From Deltaproteobacteria bacterium (GTDB lineage: Bacteria > Desulfobacterota > WTBG01 > JAGOGO01): DNA of 64,000 nucleotides. The position numbers were made by a program, and so were the translations under genes. The stretch is taken from the NCBI GenBank assembly GCA_017996625.1, contig JAGOGO010000002.1, positions 1,017-65,016 of the forward strand, in the 5' to 3' direction. Below are positions 1 through 10,565 of the stretch, piece after piece (within the stretch, counting starts at the first letter, position 1; each line of letters starts with the position of its first letter). The notes beneath the pieces were generated by a model. It saw nothing but the letters and a program-made list of their open reading frames with translations, ran no database searches and was not told the origin of the DNA.

Positions 1-893
1 TCGGCCCATACCCACACTGTATTCAGATTTGCCAGAAGCATGACATCGCTCGCCGCTTCCACCCGCTCGCCCACCACTGCATGTTTCTCGATGATCGTGC
101 CGTCTGAGGGAGCCCGAATGGTAAGATTCCCCGTCAGGTCGGCGTCGTCAGCGAAACTGGCGTTCGCAATTTCGTGCTCCGAAAGGCCCAGCACCTGAAG
201 CCGTTGTCGAGCCGCCTTGAAAGCTGCCTCAGCTTCGTGAAGGCTGGCTTTCGCCTCCAGCATGTCCTGCTCAGGCGAGATTTTCTGTTCAAAGAGTGCT
301 TTTTCCCGGGCAAAGGTCTTGGCGCGGAGTTCAATCAGGGACTTGTTCTTGAGATACTCAGCCACCGATTCGCCTAACACAGGGCTTTCAATCGTAAAGA
401 GCGGATCGTTCTCTTGTACCTCTGCACCAATATCCACTGCCACGGATCGGATGATCCCTTCGATAGCCGGCGTGATATGAACAGCGGCATTTTCATTGAG
501 CTGCACCTCACCGGTGGTATTGAGAGCGGTGGATATCTTTTGTATTGTCGCCGGGACAACCTTTACCAACCCCTTCTCGGGATCTTTTTCGTCAATGAGA
601 AGAGATGTATCCACCTTGGCGACTCCCACCTCGTAGCGGCACTCCGCACACTGATAGGTCGGCAGCGCATGTTCGCATGACGCCTGGAGAATCTCTTCGA
701 TGGTCAACGCAAGATCATTTCCTTTTTCACCTTCATGCGACTCTTCTTCGTCATAACCATGATTTCCCTTGCTGAGACACTCATGGTGGTGTTTCTCTGA
801 TGCACCCTGCACGAGCGCAGCGATCACGAAGATAATGACCGGGAAGAGGAGCCATGCTTTCCTTTTGAATGAGCGTTCTTTCTTGTTTCTCAT
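1..893 (-). CDS. RND-type efflux membrane fusion protein (CzcB/CusB/HlyD family), truncated by window edge (N-terminus present, C-terminus beyond position 1)
   Basis: Manual translation of minus strand from ATG at 893 (RBS GGAG at 902-905; ATGA overlap with upstream gene stop) gives a stop-free reading to the window edge: MRNKKERSFKRKAWLLFPVIIFVIAAL...EKHHHECLSKGNHGYDEEESHEGEKG...TIRAPSDGTIIEKHAVVGERVEAAS. It has a His-rich N-terminal segment plus a biotin-lipoyl-like MFP motif. It is not in the supplied ORF track because it runs off the window. Confidence 0.65.
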   Translation of the reverse strand, partial: MRNKKERSFKRKAWLLFPVIIFVIAALVQGASEKHHHECLSKGNHGYDEEESHEGEKGNDLALTIEEILQASCEHALPTYQCAECRYEVGVAKVDTSLLIDEKDPEKGLVKVVPATIQKISTALNTTGEVQLNENAAVHITPAIEGIIRSVAVDIGAEVQENDPLFTIESPVLGESVAEYLKNKSLIELRAKTFAREKALFEQKISPEQDMLEAKASLHEAEAAFKAARQRLQVLGLSEHEIANASFADDADLTGNLTIRAPSDGTIIEKHAVVGERVEAASDVMLLANLNTVWVWA

Positions 894-2287
894 AATTGTT
901 TCTCCTTGAGTGACTCTGCGGAGGCAGTTTCAGCCATATCCATGCTCTGGCCGATCAAACGGTCCACGGTGACTTTCTCTTTTTGAAAGCGTGCCACTGT
1001 TTCAACATACTGGCCTTTCACCTCGAACAAGGTGCGTTGAGCGTCTAAAACATCCAGGAAGCCGAATTTACCCTCCTGGTAGCCGAGCTGCGCAGAGCTA
1101 AAGGCTTGCTGCGCTGAAGGCAGGACCTGATCCCGCAAGGCTGAAGCCTCAGCGTGGGAAGCAGCCAGAGCTTGATATGCCTCCACGAGTTCAGCATTCA
1201 GATTGACCTCAACGGCTTTGCGCTCTGCTTGTGCCTTGGCAAGATTCGCCCGAGCTTCTTGAATACCGCCCTGGTTCCGGTCAAACAAAGGAAGCGGGAG
1301 TCCGATTCCCACCACCAGGGCGTGATCATCGCTTTCGGCAAACTGCCGCACCCCTCCGGAGAGGGTAACATCCGGAATGCGGTTAGCCTTTTCCAATTCA
1401 ACTGCAGTCCGGGCCTGCTGGAGTTCTGCATCCCGGCGCGCAATCTCGGGATTCTGGTGAAGAAGGCGTTGGAGGGATTCCAGCGGCGGAATGGCTGCAA
1501 GCGTTTGCAGGTCCCCTCGAGCTTCCTCAAATCCGGGCGATCCGGATCCCCACCAGGAAGCAAGCCGTTGACGGGCGGCGTTCAGATTACGCCGAGCGGT
1601 TTGCTCGGAAATCTGACTAATAGTGAAATTAACCGACGCTTTGGTTTCTTCCAGAGGTGAAACCTTTCCGGCTTGGATGCGTTTTCTTACCGTATCCAGC
1701 ACCTGTTCGGAGAGGCGAAAGGTTTCGCCGGCGAGCCGAACCTGCTCCTGCAAGGCAAGGACCTCTATGAACGCCAGGGTGGTTTCCGTTACTACATCGA
1801 GCCGCTTGGTTTCATAATCCCACGCCGCCACGTCTCGTTCCAGAGCAGCGGTTCTCCCCCGCTGGGAGCGCTTGCCGCCCAGTTCGACAAGTTGGCTTAA
1901 CTGAATGGTTGATTCAGCAGCGTCAAAGCTCTCGGTAGCGCCGCTGCCTCCAAAATTTTCTATCTCCACTCCCAGCTCTGGATTGGGGAAGCGGGAGGTC
2001 TGAAGCATGCGAGCTTCCTTCGCCCGCACCTCCCAGGAATAAGCCTCCAGAGTCTGGTTTTTCACGAGGGCTTGGGAAAGTGCGGTTCGCAATGTGAGTA
2101 CTCCGGTTGGTTCGCTGGCGACAGTTGCCGATAGAGCACACAGGTCGGATGATACCGACACCTGGTACTGAGGGACACTGGGCGCCGAAGCCGCCACAGG
2201 TACAGGTTCCTCTGCGTGAGTGAATAAACCAGGAGCGCATCCCCCTGCTCCCGATACGAATAGCGCAAGAATAATCAACAGTGTCAT
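890..2287 (-). CDS. outer-membrane efflux factor, CzcC/TolC family (heavy-metal RND system OMF)
   Basis: The ORF track gives a 501 aa ORF at 890..2395. The likely start is M37 (ATG 2287, RBS AGGAGG 2289-2295), giving a lipoprotein-type signal MTLLIILALFVSGAGGCA. It has two OEP-type repeat regions with long coiled-coil alpha helices. The stop overlaps the MFP start (ATGA). Confidence 0.8.
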   Translation of the reverse strand: MTLLIILALFVSGAGGCAPGLFTHAEEPVPVAASAPSVPQYQVSVSSDLCALSATVASEPTGVLTLRTALSQALVKNQTLEAYSWEVRAKEARMLQTSRFPNPELGVEIENFGGSGATESFDAAESTIQLSQLVELGGKRSQRGRTAALERDVAAWDYETKRLDVVTETTLAFIEVLALQEQVRLAGETFRLSEQVLDTVRKRIQAGKVSPLEETKASVNFTISQISEQTARRNLNAARQRLASWWGSGSPGFEEARGDLQTLAAIPPLESLQRLLHQNPEIARRDAELQQARTAVELEKANRIPDVTLSGGVRQFAESDDHALVVGIGLPLPLFDRNQGGIQEARANLAKAQAERKAVEVNLNAELVEAYQALAASHAEASALRDQVLPSAQQAFSSAQLGYQEGKFGFLDVLDAQRTLFEVKGQYVETVARFQKEKVTVDRLIGQSMDMAETASAESLKEKQL

Positions 2288-2533
2288 CCTCCTAAGGATT
2301 ACCTGATACATGTCATGTGTCCTATCATGAATGGGAAATCTGTTTCCGGGGATAGTCGTGAACCACAAACCAGTCCACTGTCTCATACCGGTCATTGCGC
2401 AACGCGGGTATAGCTGCCTCTGTACACGCTGGCGAGTTGTAGCTACGCTGGTTCCCGCAGCATGGCTCGGGACAAACGTCCGGGCCGGCGCTGCACTCGG
2501 TGGAGCACGAACAAAGAATAAAGGCTTACGCTC

Positions 2534-2944
2534 TCAGATGAGCAGAATAACGGAACGGATTGAGATGGCCGGAGGGGATAGCCAGGTGTGTTCCGGTTGC
2601 GGTGAGGAATCCGCTTCCGAGGGAGCGATGCTCCTTGCCAGAGATTCCGGAATCGCGTCTCCCGGAATCATCTTCCCGGATAGTTCCCGCTGAAGTGAGG
2701 AGGTACTGACGATGCCGGGACTGATAAGAGGCATATCGGTACACGCATCGCAAGTCACCAGTTCTGATGATGTTGCATCACGACAAGGTTGGCACCGGTA
2801 CCCGTTGGCGGAAAGCTCGACCTGCACCCGGCCATCCTCTTTGAAGCAAAGGATAGTGGGAAGGCTGAGGTTTGCGACTCCCAAGAGGAGAATCACAACC
2901 TGCGGCCACACCAGCTTTCGTATCAGGGTACGCGTTGTTTTCAC
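2534..2944 (-). CDS. hypothetical small Cys-rich exported protein upstream of the efflux operon
   Basis: 136 aa ORF with a hydrophobic N-terminal segment (VVILLLGVANLSL) and several Cys pairs (CQPCRD, CDAC). There is no recognisable family, and an overlapping opposite-strand ORF leaves the coding status uncertain. Confidence 0.25.
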   Translation of the reverse strand: MKTTRTLIRKLVWPQVVILLLGVANLSLPTILCFKEDGRVQVELSANGYRCQPCRDATSSELVTCDACTDMPLISPGIVSTSSLQRELSGKMIPGDAIPESLARSIAPSEADSSPQPEHTWLSPPAISIRSVILLI

Positions 2945-3049
2945 GTTTCAGGTACTATCGGTGTTGTAAGTAAAGAGAAGTAAGTCTATTCGGAATCTCC
3001 CAGGAGCTTCTGTGCGAAGCTCGCTGCGATCATGGTATCTACACACAGC

Positions 3050-3390
3050 GACACAAGTCGTATGCAGATTGTCATTCCGGGCTTGACCCGGAATTCAGTA
3101 TGTGCCTGGATTCCCCCCAAGCGCACAATACTTTAACCGTCATTCCCGCGTAGGCGGGAATCCAGTATTGTGAACAGCGCACCACCACACTGCTAAAACC
3201 CGTTGTGCTGGCGATGAGTGCTCGGTAAAATGTCGTTCCTACCAGAAGCGCCGCTATGCTCTGGATTCCCGCCTTCGCGGGAATGACATCTCAGTGGATT
3301 GCCGCCTGCGCGGGTTGCGCTTCAGCTCTTTATCCACCGAACGAAGTGAGTCCCGCTCCGAGCGGGATTCAGCTCTTTATCCACTGAAGG
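3050..3390. repeat. cluster of MITE/REP-like palindromic repeats (family 1 hairpins plus family 2 module)
   Basis: Family 1 hairpin GTCATTCCCGCGTAGGCGGGAATCCAG at 3129-3155 and its inverse CTGGATTCCCGCCTTCGCGGGAATGAC at 3261-3287. Variant GTCATTCCGGGCTTGACCCGGAATTCAG at 3071-3098. Family 2 module gcgcttCAGCTCTTTATCCACcgaacgaagtgagTCCCGCTCCGAGCGGGAttCAGCTCTTTATCCACtgaagg at 3311-3390, with an internal direct repeat and hairpin. The same units recur at 12.1-12.9 kb, 16.9 kb and 35.9-36.2 kb. Confidence 0.85.
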
Positions 3391-3873
3391 AAGAGAATAA
3401 TGACATTTTGTTCGTTGATGTATGGCGCTCTGTATAAAAGCACTGACACAGAGGAAATGATAAAAAAGTAGACGACACCAATCGCCAAAGTCGGTATTTT
3501 CCTCGTGATTATTGCACTCTAGCATAGTCAAGAGGGATTTGCAAGGAACGGAAGGCTAAGAGCTTAACGTAATTTGTATTTGTGAGAAGTATGGAAAATC
3601 GTCGAGGGGTTCAGAAGGCCAACAGGCATCCCGAGGACACATGACAGTTATTTGCTTGGAGAAAAACAGAAGCGGAGTACAATGGGACCGGAAAGAACCC
3701 CTGCCACCTTCCCGCATCTTCTCCCCTTGACAGCAAAACGTAGTTGTCGTTATGCTTAAATTTTTCAGGCTATCTTCGTTGCTCAGGATCTATCCACGCA
3801 CCAATGGGTCGCCCGGGAGGAGAATGTACAGCGCGGTTTATCCCGGACTGACCCATTTTACTTAAGGGCTTCC

Positions 3874-6800
3874 ATGAACGATCATGCCAAAACGAAACAG
3901 CAGCTTATCGATGAACTGCAGCAGTTACGTCAGCAGGTGGCTGAGCTGAAGGCAGAAGAGCATCAGGAAGCAGTGCTCCGGTCGGACGCAAGAGTTCAGG
4001 CCGCAGCGTCAGCGGACGTTCAGGATTCTCTTAGGCTCAAGTGTGAAGCGCTCTTCGCCCAAGCGATCCGCAGCGCTCAAGCCAATATTTTCTGCCTGGA
4101 TATGGGTACTGGCGAATTCATAGCCTCAGCAGCCACTAAAGCTTTGCACCGCATCCCTGCGGATGCTTTCATTAATCAGGAGGCCGTCATAGCAACGATC
4201 CATCCCGAGGACCGCCCCCGAGTGGAAAAGGCATGGGAAGGCTGTATCGAGCGAGGCGATTGCTGCTTGACGGAATATCGAGTCGTGCAACCTGATGGAA
4301 ACGTGCGATGGATTGCATCACAGGCTCAGGTGTTTCCTGGTCCGCATGGACCGAAGTTCCTGGGAATGTGCCGGGACATCACCGAGCGCAAGCAGGCTGA
4401 AGAGCAGCTGCGTATGAGTGAGAACCGGCACCGGCTGCTGTTTGACGCAATGGCGGAGGGCTTTGTGCTGGCAGAAGCCATCGTGGATGAACACAGGCTG
4501 CCAGTGGACTTCCGGGTGCTTGAAGCTAATCCGGCTGCTGCAGAGTTGACGGGAATTTCGATTCAAGCAGCGATCGGGAAAACTGCCCGAGAGCTCATAC
4601 CCGGTATTGGCAAGGAGTGGATTAAGACCCTCGGAGAGACAGCTCTTAGCGGAGAAGCGACTACTTTCGAGCGCTACGCCCGATCATTGAACAAGTGGTT
4701 TCACGTCCTGGCATATGGCCTTGAAAGGGACACATTCGCCTGCTTCTTTGTCGATATCACCGAGCGCAAACAGATAGAGGATGCGCTGCGAAGCACCCGA
4801 GACACGTTGCAGACAGTGCTGGACACAGCCCCAGCCGGAATACTCGTGGCTGATCAGGACGGGAAGTTCACTCTCGCCAACGCGGTCGCTCTTGAAATAT
4901 TCGGCGGATCGCCGACGGGTAATGTCTACGGACCGCTGGGTAGTTACGAGGTATTCCACAGCGATGGTTCACCCGTGGTACCAGCGGAACTGCCTCTACC
5001 GCGTGCCCTGTACCAAGGCGAAATCACCCGCCAAGCTGAGCTTCTGATCAGGCGAAAGGATGGCAGTGAAGTCGTAGTCTTGGCCGCAGCTACACCCCTG
5101 CACGACTCCGAAGGCCGCATCCGCGGAGCGATTGCCGTGCTCCAAGACATCACCGAGCGCAAACATGCCGAAGAGGCATTGCGGCAGAGCGAGGAGCGGC
5201 TTTTCTTCGTTGTTGAGAACTCCGAGGATACCATCTTTATCCAGGATAAGGACCTGCGTTACCTCTGGGTATCAAAACCAACCTGGCCGTTTACGATGAA
5301 CGAAATCCTGGGCAAGACAGACTTTGACTTTGAAGGTCCCCAGGAGCAATTCCAGCGCATGGTGAAGATCAAACGCACCGTCTTGCATGAAAACAGCCCG
5401 GTCACTACGGAGCTTTCTCTCTCGCTTAAAGGGCGACCGCGCTTCTTTGGGGTAACCTACAAGCCCTGGTGTGACGCTGCGGGTCATGTGATCGGATTGG
5501 CAGGCTATGCCCGTGACATCACTGTGCGCAAGCAGGCCGACGCGGCCTTGCGGCAGAGTGAGGAGCGGTTGAAGCGGGCTGAGGCAATTGCCCATCTGGG
5601 CAGCTGGGAGCTCGATCTTGCGCACGATCACCTTTCGTGGTCCGATGAGGTGTACCGCATCTTCGGTATGCAGCCGCAGGAGTTTGGAGCGACGTATGAG
5701 GCATTTCTCGAAGCAGTGCACCCGGACGATCGCCAGGCAGTCGATGAAGCATACTCCGACTCGCTCCGGGATGGCTGTGACGGCTATGAGATCGAGCACC
5801 GGGTGGTGCGCAAGAAAAGCGGTGAGATACGCTTTGTTCACGAAAAATGCGAGCACGTACGGGATGAATCCGGCCGCATTATCCGCTCCTTCGGTATGGT
5901 GCACGACATCACCGAACGCAAGCAGGCGGAGGAGGCGCTCAGGCAGAGTAAGGAGCGGCTGCGCCTGGCATTGGATGCTGCTCACATGGGTACCTGGGAA
6001 AGGGACATTAGCAACGACAGTGCAATCTGGAATGATGAGGAGTTCCGGATTTTGGGCTATGAGCCGGGGGAAGTAAATTCCTGCTATCAGACCTGGGTCG
6101 CACGTATTCATCCGGAAGACTTGGCAGCGGTAGAAACCCAGATGCGCCGGAGCACAGAATCGTGCTCCGAGTTCACGGCCGAGTACCGGATGCTGTGGCC
6201 GGACGGTACGGTGCATTGGGGCGAGACCCGTGGGCGATTTGAAGTCGATGAGTTCGGCAAAGCCGTGCGCTCCTATGGCGTGTTGATCGATATTACAAAG
6301 CACAAACAGGCTGAGGAGGCGTTGCGGGAGAGCGAACAACGTTTCCGCGCTATTTACGAACTTGCTCCGCTGGGGATAGCTTTGGTTGATTCCCACACCG
6401 GCCGGTTCCTGCAGGTAAATCCCCGCTACGAGCAGATCCTGAGTCGCAGCCAAGCGGAGATTTTAAGTTTGAATTTTCAGGACATCACTCACCCTGATGA
6501 TCTTCCGAAAGACCTGGAAAAGATGCAGCTGCTGGGCCAGGGCAAGATCCGTTTCTTCAGGAGAGAGAAACGCTACCTTCTTCCTGATGGTTCTTATGTC
6601 TGGGTTAATCTCACGGTTGTGCCGATGTGGAAGGAGGGGGAGGTTGCGACGTGCCATATCGCCATGATCGAGGACATCACTGAGCGCAAGCGAGCGGAAG
6701 CAGAACTACGGCAAAGCGAATGGAAGTATCGGACTCTTTTTGAAACAATTGATCAAGGCGTTGTTTACCGCAATGCCGGCGGTGAGATCCTTAGTGCCAA

Positions 6801-7848
6801 TTTTGCCGCTGAACAAATCCTCGGTCTGTCACTTGAGGCAATGCAAAGGCACCTGAGTCCCGATTCTTATTGGAACGCTATCCTGACAGACGGAACAAAA
6901 ATCGTGCAAGACCAGCTTCCGCCCATGATCGCCTTGAAGAGCGGCAGGAAGATCGAGGATGAGATCATAGGCGTTTTCAACCCGAGAGAGCATGGTTACC
7001 GCTGGCTCATCGTTGACAGCATTCCCCAAATCTGGCCGGAGGAGAAGTCTCCTTCTGGCGTTTTTACCATATTCAGGGATATCACTGAGCTGAAAGAGGC
7101 AAAGAGGGAACTGCGTCGGCTGAATGAAACGCTGGAACGCCGGGTCAAGCAACGAACGGCGGAGCTAAAGAGATCACAGCAGCAGTTTCGGCAGCTCTCT
7201 AATGATTTGCTGCAGGCACAGGAAAACGAACGAAAGCGGATAGCCACCGAGATTCACGACAACGCCGGGCAGGTGCTGGCAGCAATCAAGTACCGGGTGG
7301 AATCAGCGTATTTGAAGCTTGAGAAAACCGGTGTTAGCGAAGCGCTGCAGCCGGTCAAAGATCTCATCCCCACCATCCAGGCCTGCATCAATGATATGCG
7401 GCGGCTGCAGATGGAGCTGCGGCCGAGTATACTGGATGATATGGGGGTGGCAACAGCGGTTGAATGGTTCTGCCGCGAGTTTCAGAAGACGTATCCATCC
7501 ATTTCCTTGAAACGAAGGCTGACGGTCAATGAATCCGAACTGTCCGCCTCGCTCAAGCTGGTGATCTTCCGAATCATACAGGAAGCGCTCAATAACGTGG
7601 GCAAGCACAGCGATGCCAGTTTAGTCCGTATCCTGCTCCAACAACGTGAAGAATCGGTAATGGTGAGGATCAAGGATAACGGCCGGGGGTTTGACGTGAA
7701 AGAGGCGCAAGAGATCAAAGCCTTTGGTCAGGGGTTAGGCCTCTCCAGCATGCAAGAGCGAGCGCATTATTCGGGTGGAACGCTGACCATCCAATCAGCT
7801 CCAGGTCAAGGTACGTGTATTGAAGCACGGTGGACGAAAAAAGAGTAG
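3874..7848 (+). CDS. multi-PAS/PAC sensor histidine kinase with HisKA_3 dimerisation domain and HATPase_c (NarX/LiaS-type)
   Basis: 1324 aa. N-terminal coiled coil, then about 7 PAS/PAC units separated by the repeated linker ITERKQAEE(A)LR(Q)SEER. C-terminus carries EIHDNAGQVLAAIKY (H-box of HisKA_3), then N, G1 (IKDNGRGFD) and G2 (GQGLGLSSMQERA) boxes. Confidence 0.85.
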   Translation: MNDHAKTKQQLIDELQQLRQQVAELKAEEHQEAVLRSDARVQAAASADVQDSLRLKCEALFAQAIRSAQANIFCLDMGTGEFIASAATKALHRIPADAFINQEAVIATIHPEDRPRVEKAWEGCIERGDCCLTEYRVVQPDGNVRWIASQAQVFPGPHGPKFLGMCRDITERKQAEEQLRMSENRHRLLFDAMAEGFVLAEAIVDEHRLPVDFRVLEANPAAAELTGISIQAAIGKTARELIPGIGKEWIKTLGETALSGEATTFERYARSLNKWFHVLAYGLERDTFACFFVDITERKQIEDALRSTRDTLQTVLDTAPAGILVADQDGKFTLANAVALEIFGGSPTGNVYGPLGSYEVFHSDGSPVVPAELPLPRALYQGEITRQAELLIRRKDGSEVVVLAAATPLHDSEGRIRGAIAVLQDITERKHAEEALRQSEERLFFVVENSEDTIFIQDKDLRYLWVSKPTWPFTMNEILGKTDFDFEGPQEQFQRMVKIKRTVLHENSPVTTELSLSLKGRPRFFGVTYKPWCDAAGHVIGLAGYARDITVRKQADAALRQSEERLKRAEAIAHLGSWELDLAHDHLSWSDEVYRIFGMQPQEFGATYEAFLEAVHPDDRQAVDEAYSDSLRDGCDGYEIEHRVVRKKSGEIRFVHEKCEHVRDESGRIIRSFGMVHDITERKQAEEALRQSKERLRLALDAAHMGTWERDISNDSAIWNDEEFRILGYEPGEVNSCYQTWVARIHPEDLAAVETQMRRSTESCSEFTAEYRMLWPDGTVHWGETRGRFEVDEFGKAVRSYGVLIDITKHKQAEEALRESEQRFRAIYELAPLGIALVDSHTGRFLQVNPRYEQILSRSQAEILSLNFQDITHPDDLPKDLEKMQLLGQGKIRFFRREKRYLLPDGSYVWVNLTVVPMWKEGEVATCHIAMIEDITERKRAEAELRQSEWKYRTLFETIDQGVVYRNAGGEILSANFAAEQILGLSLEAMQRHLSPDSYWNAILTDGTKIVQDQLPPMIALKSGRKIEDEIIGVFNPREHGYRWLIVDSIPQIWPEEKSPSGVFTIFRDITELKEAKRELRRLNETLERRVKQRTAELKRSQQQFRQLSNDLLQAQENERKRIATEIHDNAGQVLAAIKYRVESAYLKLEKTGVSEALQPVKDLIPTIQACINDMRRLQMELRPSILDDMGVATAVEWFCREFQKTYPSISLKRRLTVNESELSASLKLVIFRIIQEALNNVGKHSDASLVRILLQQREESVMVRIKDNGRGFDVKEAQEIKAFGQGLGLSSMQERAHYSGGTLTIQSAPGQGTCIEARWTKKE

Positions 7849-8342
7849 AAGTAGAACTCAAGGCCACCTGGGCTGAATCACTGGGGTCAGACCAAGATAA
7901 CGGTTTGATTGGTAAAGATATTTATTGAACTGGGGCACGTCTATGCTCCTGGGCATCTTCGTTCTTTTAGAGACCCATTTTTAGCGCAAAAGAGAGGCTC
8001 TGCGCCGATTTGGAGACTGCCTTCTTGCTTTTTTCCGTGCAAGCACACCACCTTAGCATGGTCTGACCCGAACAATTAATAATCGGATGCACAGACACCC
8101 TCACCTCACAGATCATTTCTCCTTTTGCCTAAGACAATGCCACTATTTTATTTGACTTTTTTACTGGGTTCTGCTAATGTCGTTTCGTTCACGGGACAAC
8201 ATACACAACGCGAAATCGATCACTGAATTCCCGGAGCCCTCCGGCCTGCCTTGCCGGAGCTGGCGTTTTTTCCGGTAAGAGAAGACTTGCGAGGCAGAAT
8301 TACCTGTACTCGGGTCATTTTGTTCATGGAAGGAGGGATGGT

Positions 8343-8954
8343 ATGAAACGGAAATTCTGCGCGGCTTTGATTTCACTTTTTGCGGTGATTGCTTATGCTT
8401 CCGGCGCCCAGTGCCTAAGTTTCACCCTGAGTGACTACGACATTGACTACCATGATAGTGACCCCGGCCTGGTGCTCTATACTCAAGACATTCTCGGCGT
8501 GCCGATTTCGTTCGACCTCGAACCCGGTGAATCGCTGACCATAGATCTTTTTGAGGTTGGAACGCTGGAAAATTCTATTAGTTTAGATGACTTCATCTCT
8601 TACCCTCTTTCGGTTAGCTTCGAGTTCTCTCTGCCCGATGTGTCCGGAACAGTAACCGGTTACTCCCACGGCAGAATCCTATGGCAAGACGGCGTCGTTG
8701 ATTGGGATAACGACTTCTCCGATCCGGCAGAGTTTACCTTTGGCGATACCGGCTTGTTCACAATCGGTCTCTCTGATGTTTCTTTTGACACCCCGGGATC
8801 GGCAATTGTTCAAGCTCAGTTAAATTACGTGCGGGCACCTACCTATGATCCAGTCCCCGGACCCGCTACGATGCTCCTCATGGGCTCCGGGTTTATCGGC
8901 TTAGCCGCACTCCGAAAGGGTGCTCACAGGGGCCGGACCAGACTGAGAGATTAA
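8343..8954 (+). CDS. secreted protein with variant PEP-CTERM sorting signal (VPGP..TM..Arg-rich tail)
   Basis: Signal peptide MKRKFCAALISLFAVIAYASGAQC. The C-terminus DPVPGPATMLLMGSGFIGLAALRKGAHRGRTRLRD has a P-x-P motif, a TM helix and a basic tail, typical of exosortase substrates. Confidence 0.45.
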   Translation: MKRKFCAALISLFAVIAYASGAQCLSFTLSDYDIDYHDSDPGLVLYTQDILGVPISFDLEPGESLTIDLFEVGTLENSISLDDFISYPLSVSFEFSLPDVSGTVTGYSHGRILWQDGVVDWDNDFSDPAEFTFGDTGLFTIGLSDVSFDTPGSAIVQAQLNYVRAPTYDPVPGPATMLLMGSGFIGLAALRKGAHRGRTRLRD

Positions 8955-8971
8955 TCTGGCAAAGTTTTCAT

Positions 8972-9565
8972 TTAAAGCTCACTTCTCGTCTCAAAGAATT
9001 CATCCCGGCCGTAGCCGATAATAGTACCGAGAGAAAGACTCCTTGCCACGTCTAAGTCTAATGACTTAAGAAGAAACAGCAGATCATGCGTCACGGCAAT
9101 GCAGTGCTGGTTGGTACGGATGATCCGATCGAGTTCTCCTTTGCCGAGTTGGATTGAAAGCCTTTCATATAAGAACAAAACGAGGTACTGCTGCAATGCT
9201 TGAGGAACAAGGGATTGACAGGCGTGGACCATTTGGTGAAGCAGTGCATTTCCCAGTTCTTTTTCACTTATGACGGAGCCGCTATTAATCTGGATTTCCC
9301 TCTTTTGTAGATCAAAGCGTGCGTGATACCGTTCCCTTGAACCGGGAACATAAAGCAGGAGGTACTCGTCCAGAAGCTCAGTGCCCGCATCGTCCCAGTC
9401 CACATGGAAGTCTTCAGGCGTCTGTGTTTCATACTTAAAGAACCTTTCCCATAGCTCCTTTACCTCGAAACGAAAGTCTTTGAAATAGATGGCTTCGAAC
9501 TGTTCCGCCAGAGAGCGTAACTTCGGCGAGTCTTCCACTTTGATCAATCTTTTTCGCTCATGCAC
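8972..9565 (-). CDS. hypothetical protein (co-directional with upstream response regulator)
   Basis: The ORF track gives 8972..9676, but that start overlaps the response regulator by 55 bp. A GTG at 9565 preceded by AGGAGAAAGGGG gives a 197 aa product (VHERKRLIKVEDSPKL...). No recognised family. Confidence 0.4.
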   Translation of the reverse strand: MHERKRLIKVEDSPKLRSLAEQFEAIYFKDFRFEVKELWERFFKYETQTPEDFHVDWDDAGTELLDEYLLLYVPGSRERYHARFDLQKREIQINSGSVISEKELGNALLHQMVHACQSLVPQALQQYLVLFLYERLSIQLGKGELDRIIRTNQHCIAVTHDLLFLLKSLDLDVARSLSLGTIIGYGRDEFFETRSEL

Positions 9566-9621
9566 TGTACAATTCCCCTTTCTCCTGAAATAACTTCCAC
9601 AGGTAATCGCCAGAAGGACTA

Positions 9622-10041
9622 TCAAAAAAGGCGACCGCTGGGCAAGTTGTCTTCCCGCAGCGGGCCAGGTCTCCACGAGTTCACATCCTTCATCAATCCG
9701 ACAATCTCTTCAATGGACTGGGGGCCTTTGAGCATAAAACTCATTGCTCCAACGTGCGCCGCAGCAATGAGCAATTCGAGTGCGATACAAGGACTGAGCA
9801 TGACAACATGGCTCTTCGGGTTCAGGTGCACGGCCTTATAGGTGAGCTCGAATCCTTCAGCTCCAAGCACGTCAAGATCCATAATTATCCACTGCGGCTG
9901 GTGCTCATGGATAATCTTCTGAGCTTGGATCCTGTCGTACGCCTGCTTGATGTGTATTGTTGGATCGCAAGATAGCAACGCCTCGATTAGGGCTCGCCGA
10001 AATGGCGCATCCGCTTCTATGAGCAGTGTTACGGTATTCAT
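9622..10041 (-). CDS. single-domain response regulator (CheY-like receiver)
   Basis: 139 aa with receiver-domain layout: acidic pocket, phospho-acceptor Asp in IIMDLDV, and conserved K/T region. Confidence 0.7.
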   Translation of the reverse strand: MNTVTLLIEADAPFRRALIEALLSCDPTIHIKQAYDRIQAQKIIHEHQPQWIIMDLDVLGAEGFELTYKAVHLNPKSHVVMLSPCIALELLIAAAHVGAMSFMLKGPQSIEEIVGLMKDVNSWRPGPLREDNLPSGRLF

Positions 10042-10565
10042 GATACTCTGATTAGTGGGAGTTCCTCTTCTGCTGTCATTAGTGTTTTATATGCGGTGGA
10101 CTTGGGTAGGGCTTACTTTTGGTGGGATAACTCTGGATATTACCCATGATATATTTCTCTTTACTTTCAGGTTGCGATTCCAGCTATGGTACGGTTACGG
10201 TATTTCGAGCAAGCGATCCTCGTATTGCTGTGTTCAATTTACAGTAGATCCCATTACAGCAACTTGCATACGTGATGACGAAAGGCAGGGCAGCAGAGGG
10301 TGGTTGGTCTGTATCAAAGGACTCACACGTTGACGTTTTCCAGTTGCAGAAGATAATAGTCGTTGTCTAACAACCGTGTCAAAAACATTCTTTCTCGTGT
10401 AATTATCTTAGGGTATCCCGACCCCGTATCTGCATATACGCGCCTTATGCGGATATGGGAGTAGTAGCTGGGACCTTAAACGGATCAGGATAAATATTGT
10501 TCGCTTTTAATAGAAGATGAAGCAACTCTTAATTTGTGCTATCATGTTGTTACGAGGGTTAAAAA

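Noticed and set aside
1154-1660. 168 aa plus-strand ORF
   Set aside because: It is antisense within the czcC-like gene.
5272-6453. 393 aa minus-strand ORF inside the PAS kinase gene
   Set aside because: It is antisense to a gene with unambiguous PAS/HK motifs and its amino-acid composition is typical of shadow frames.
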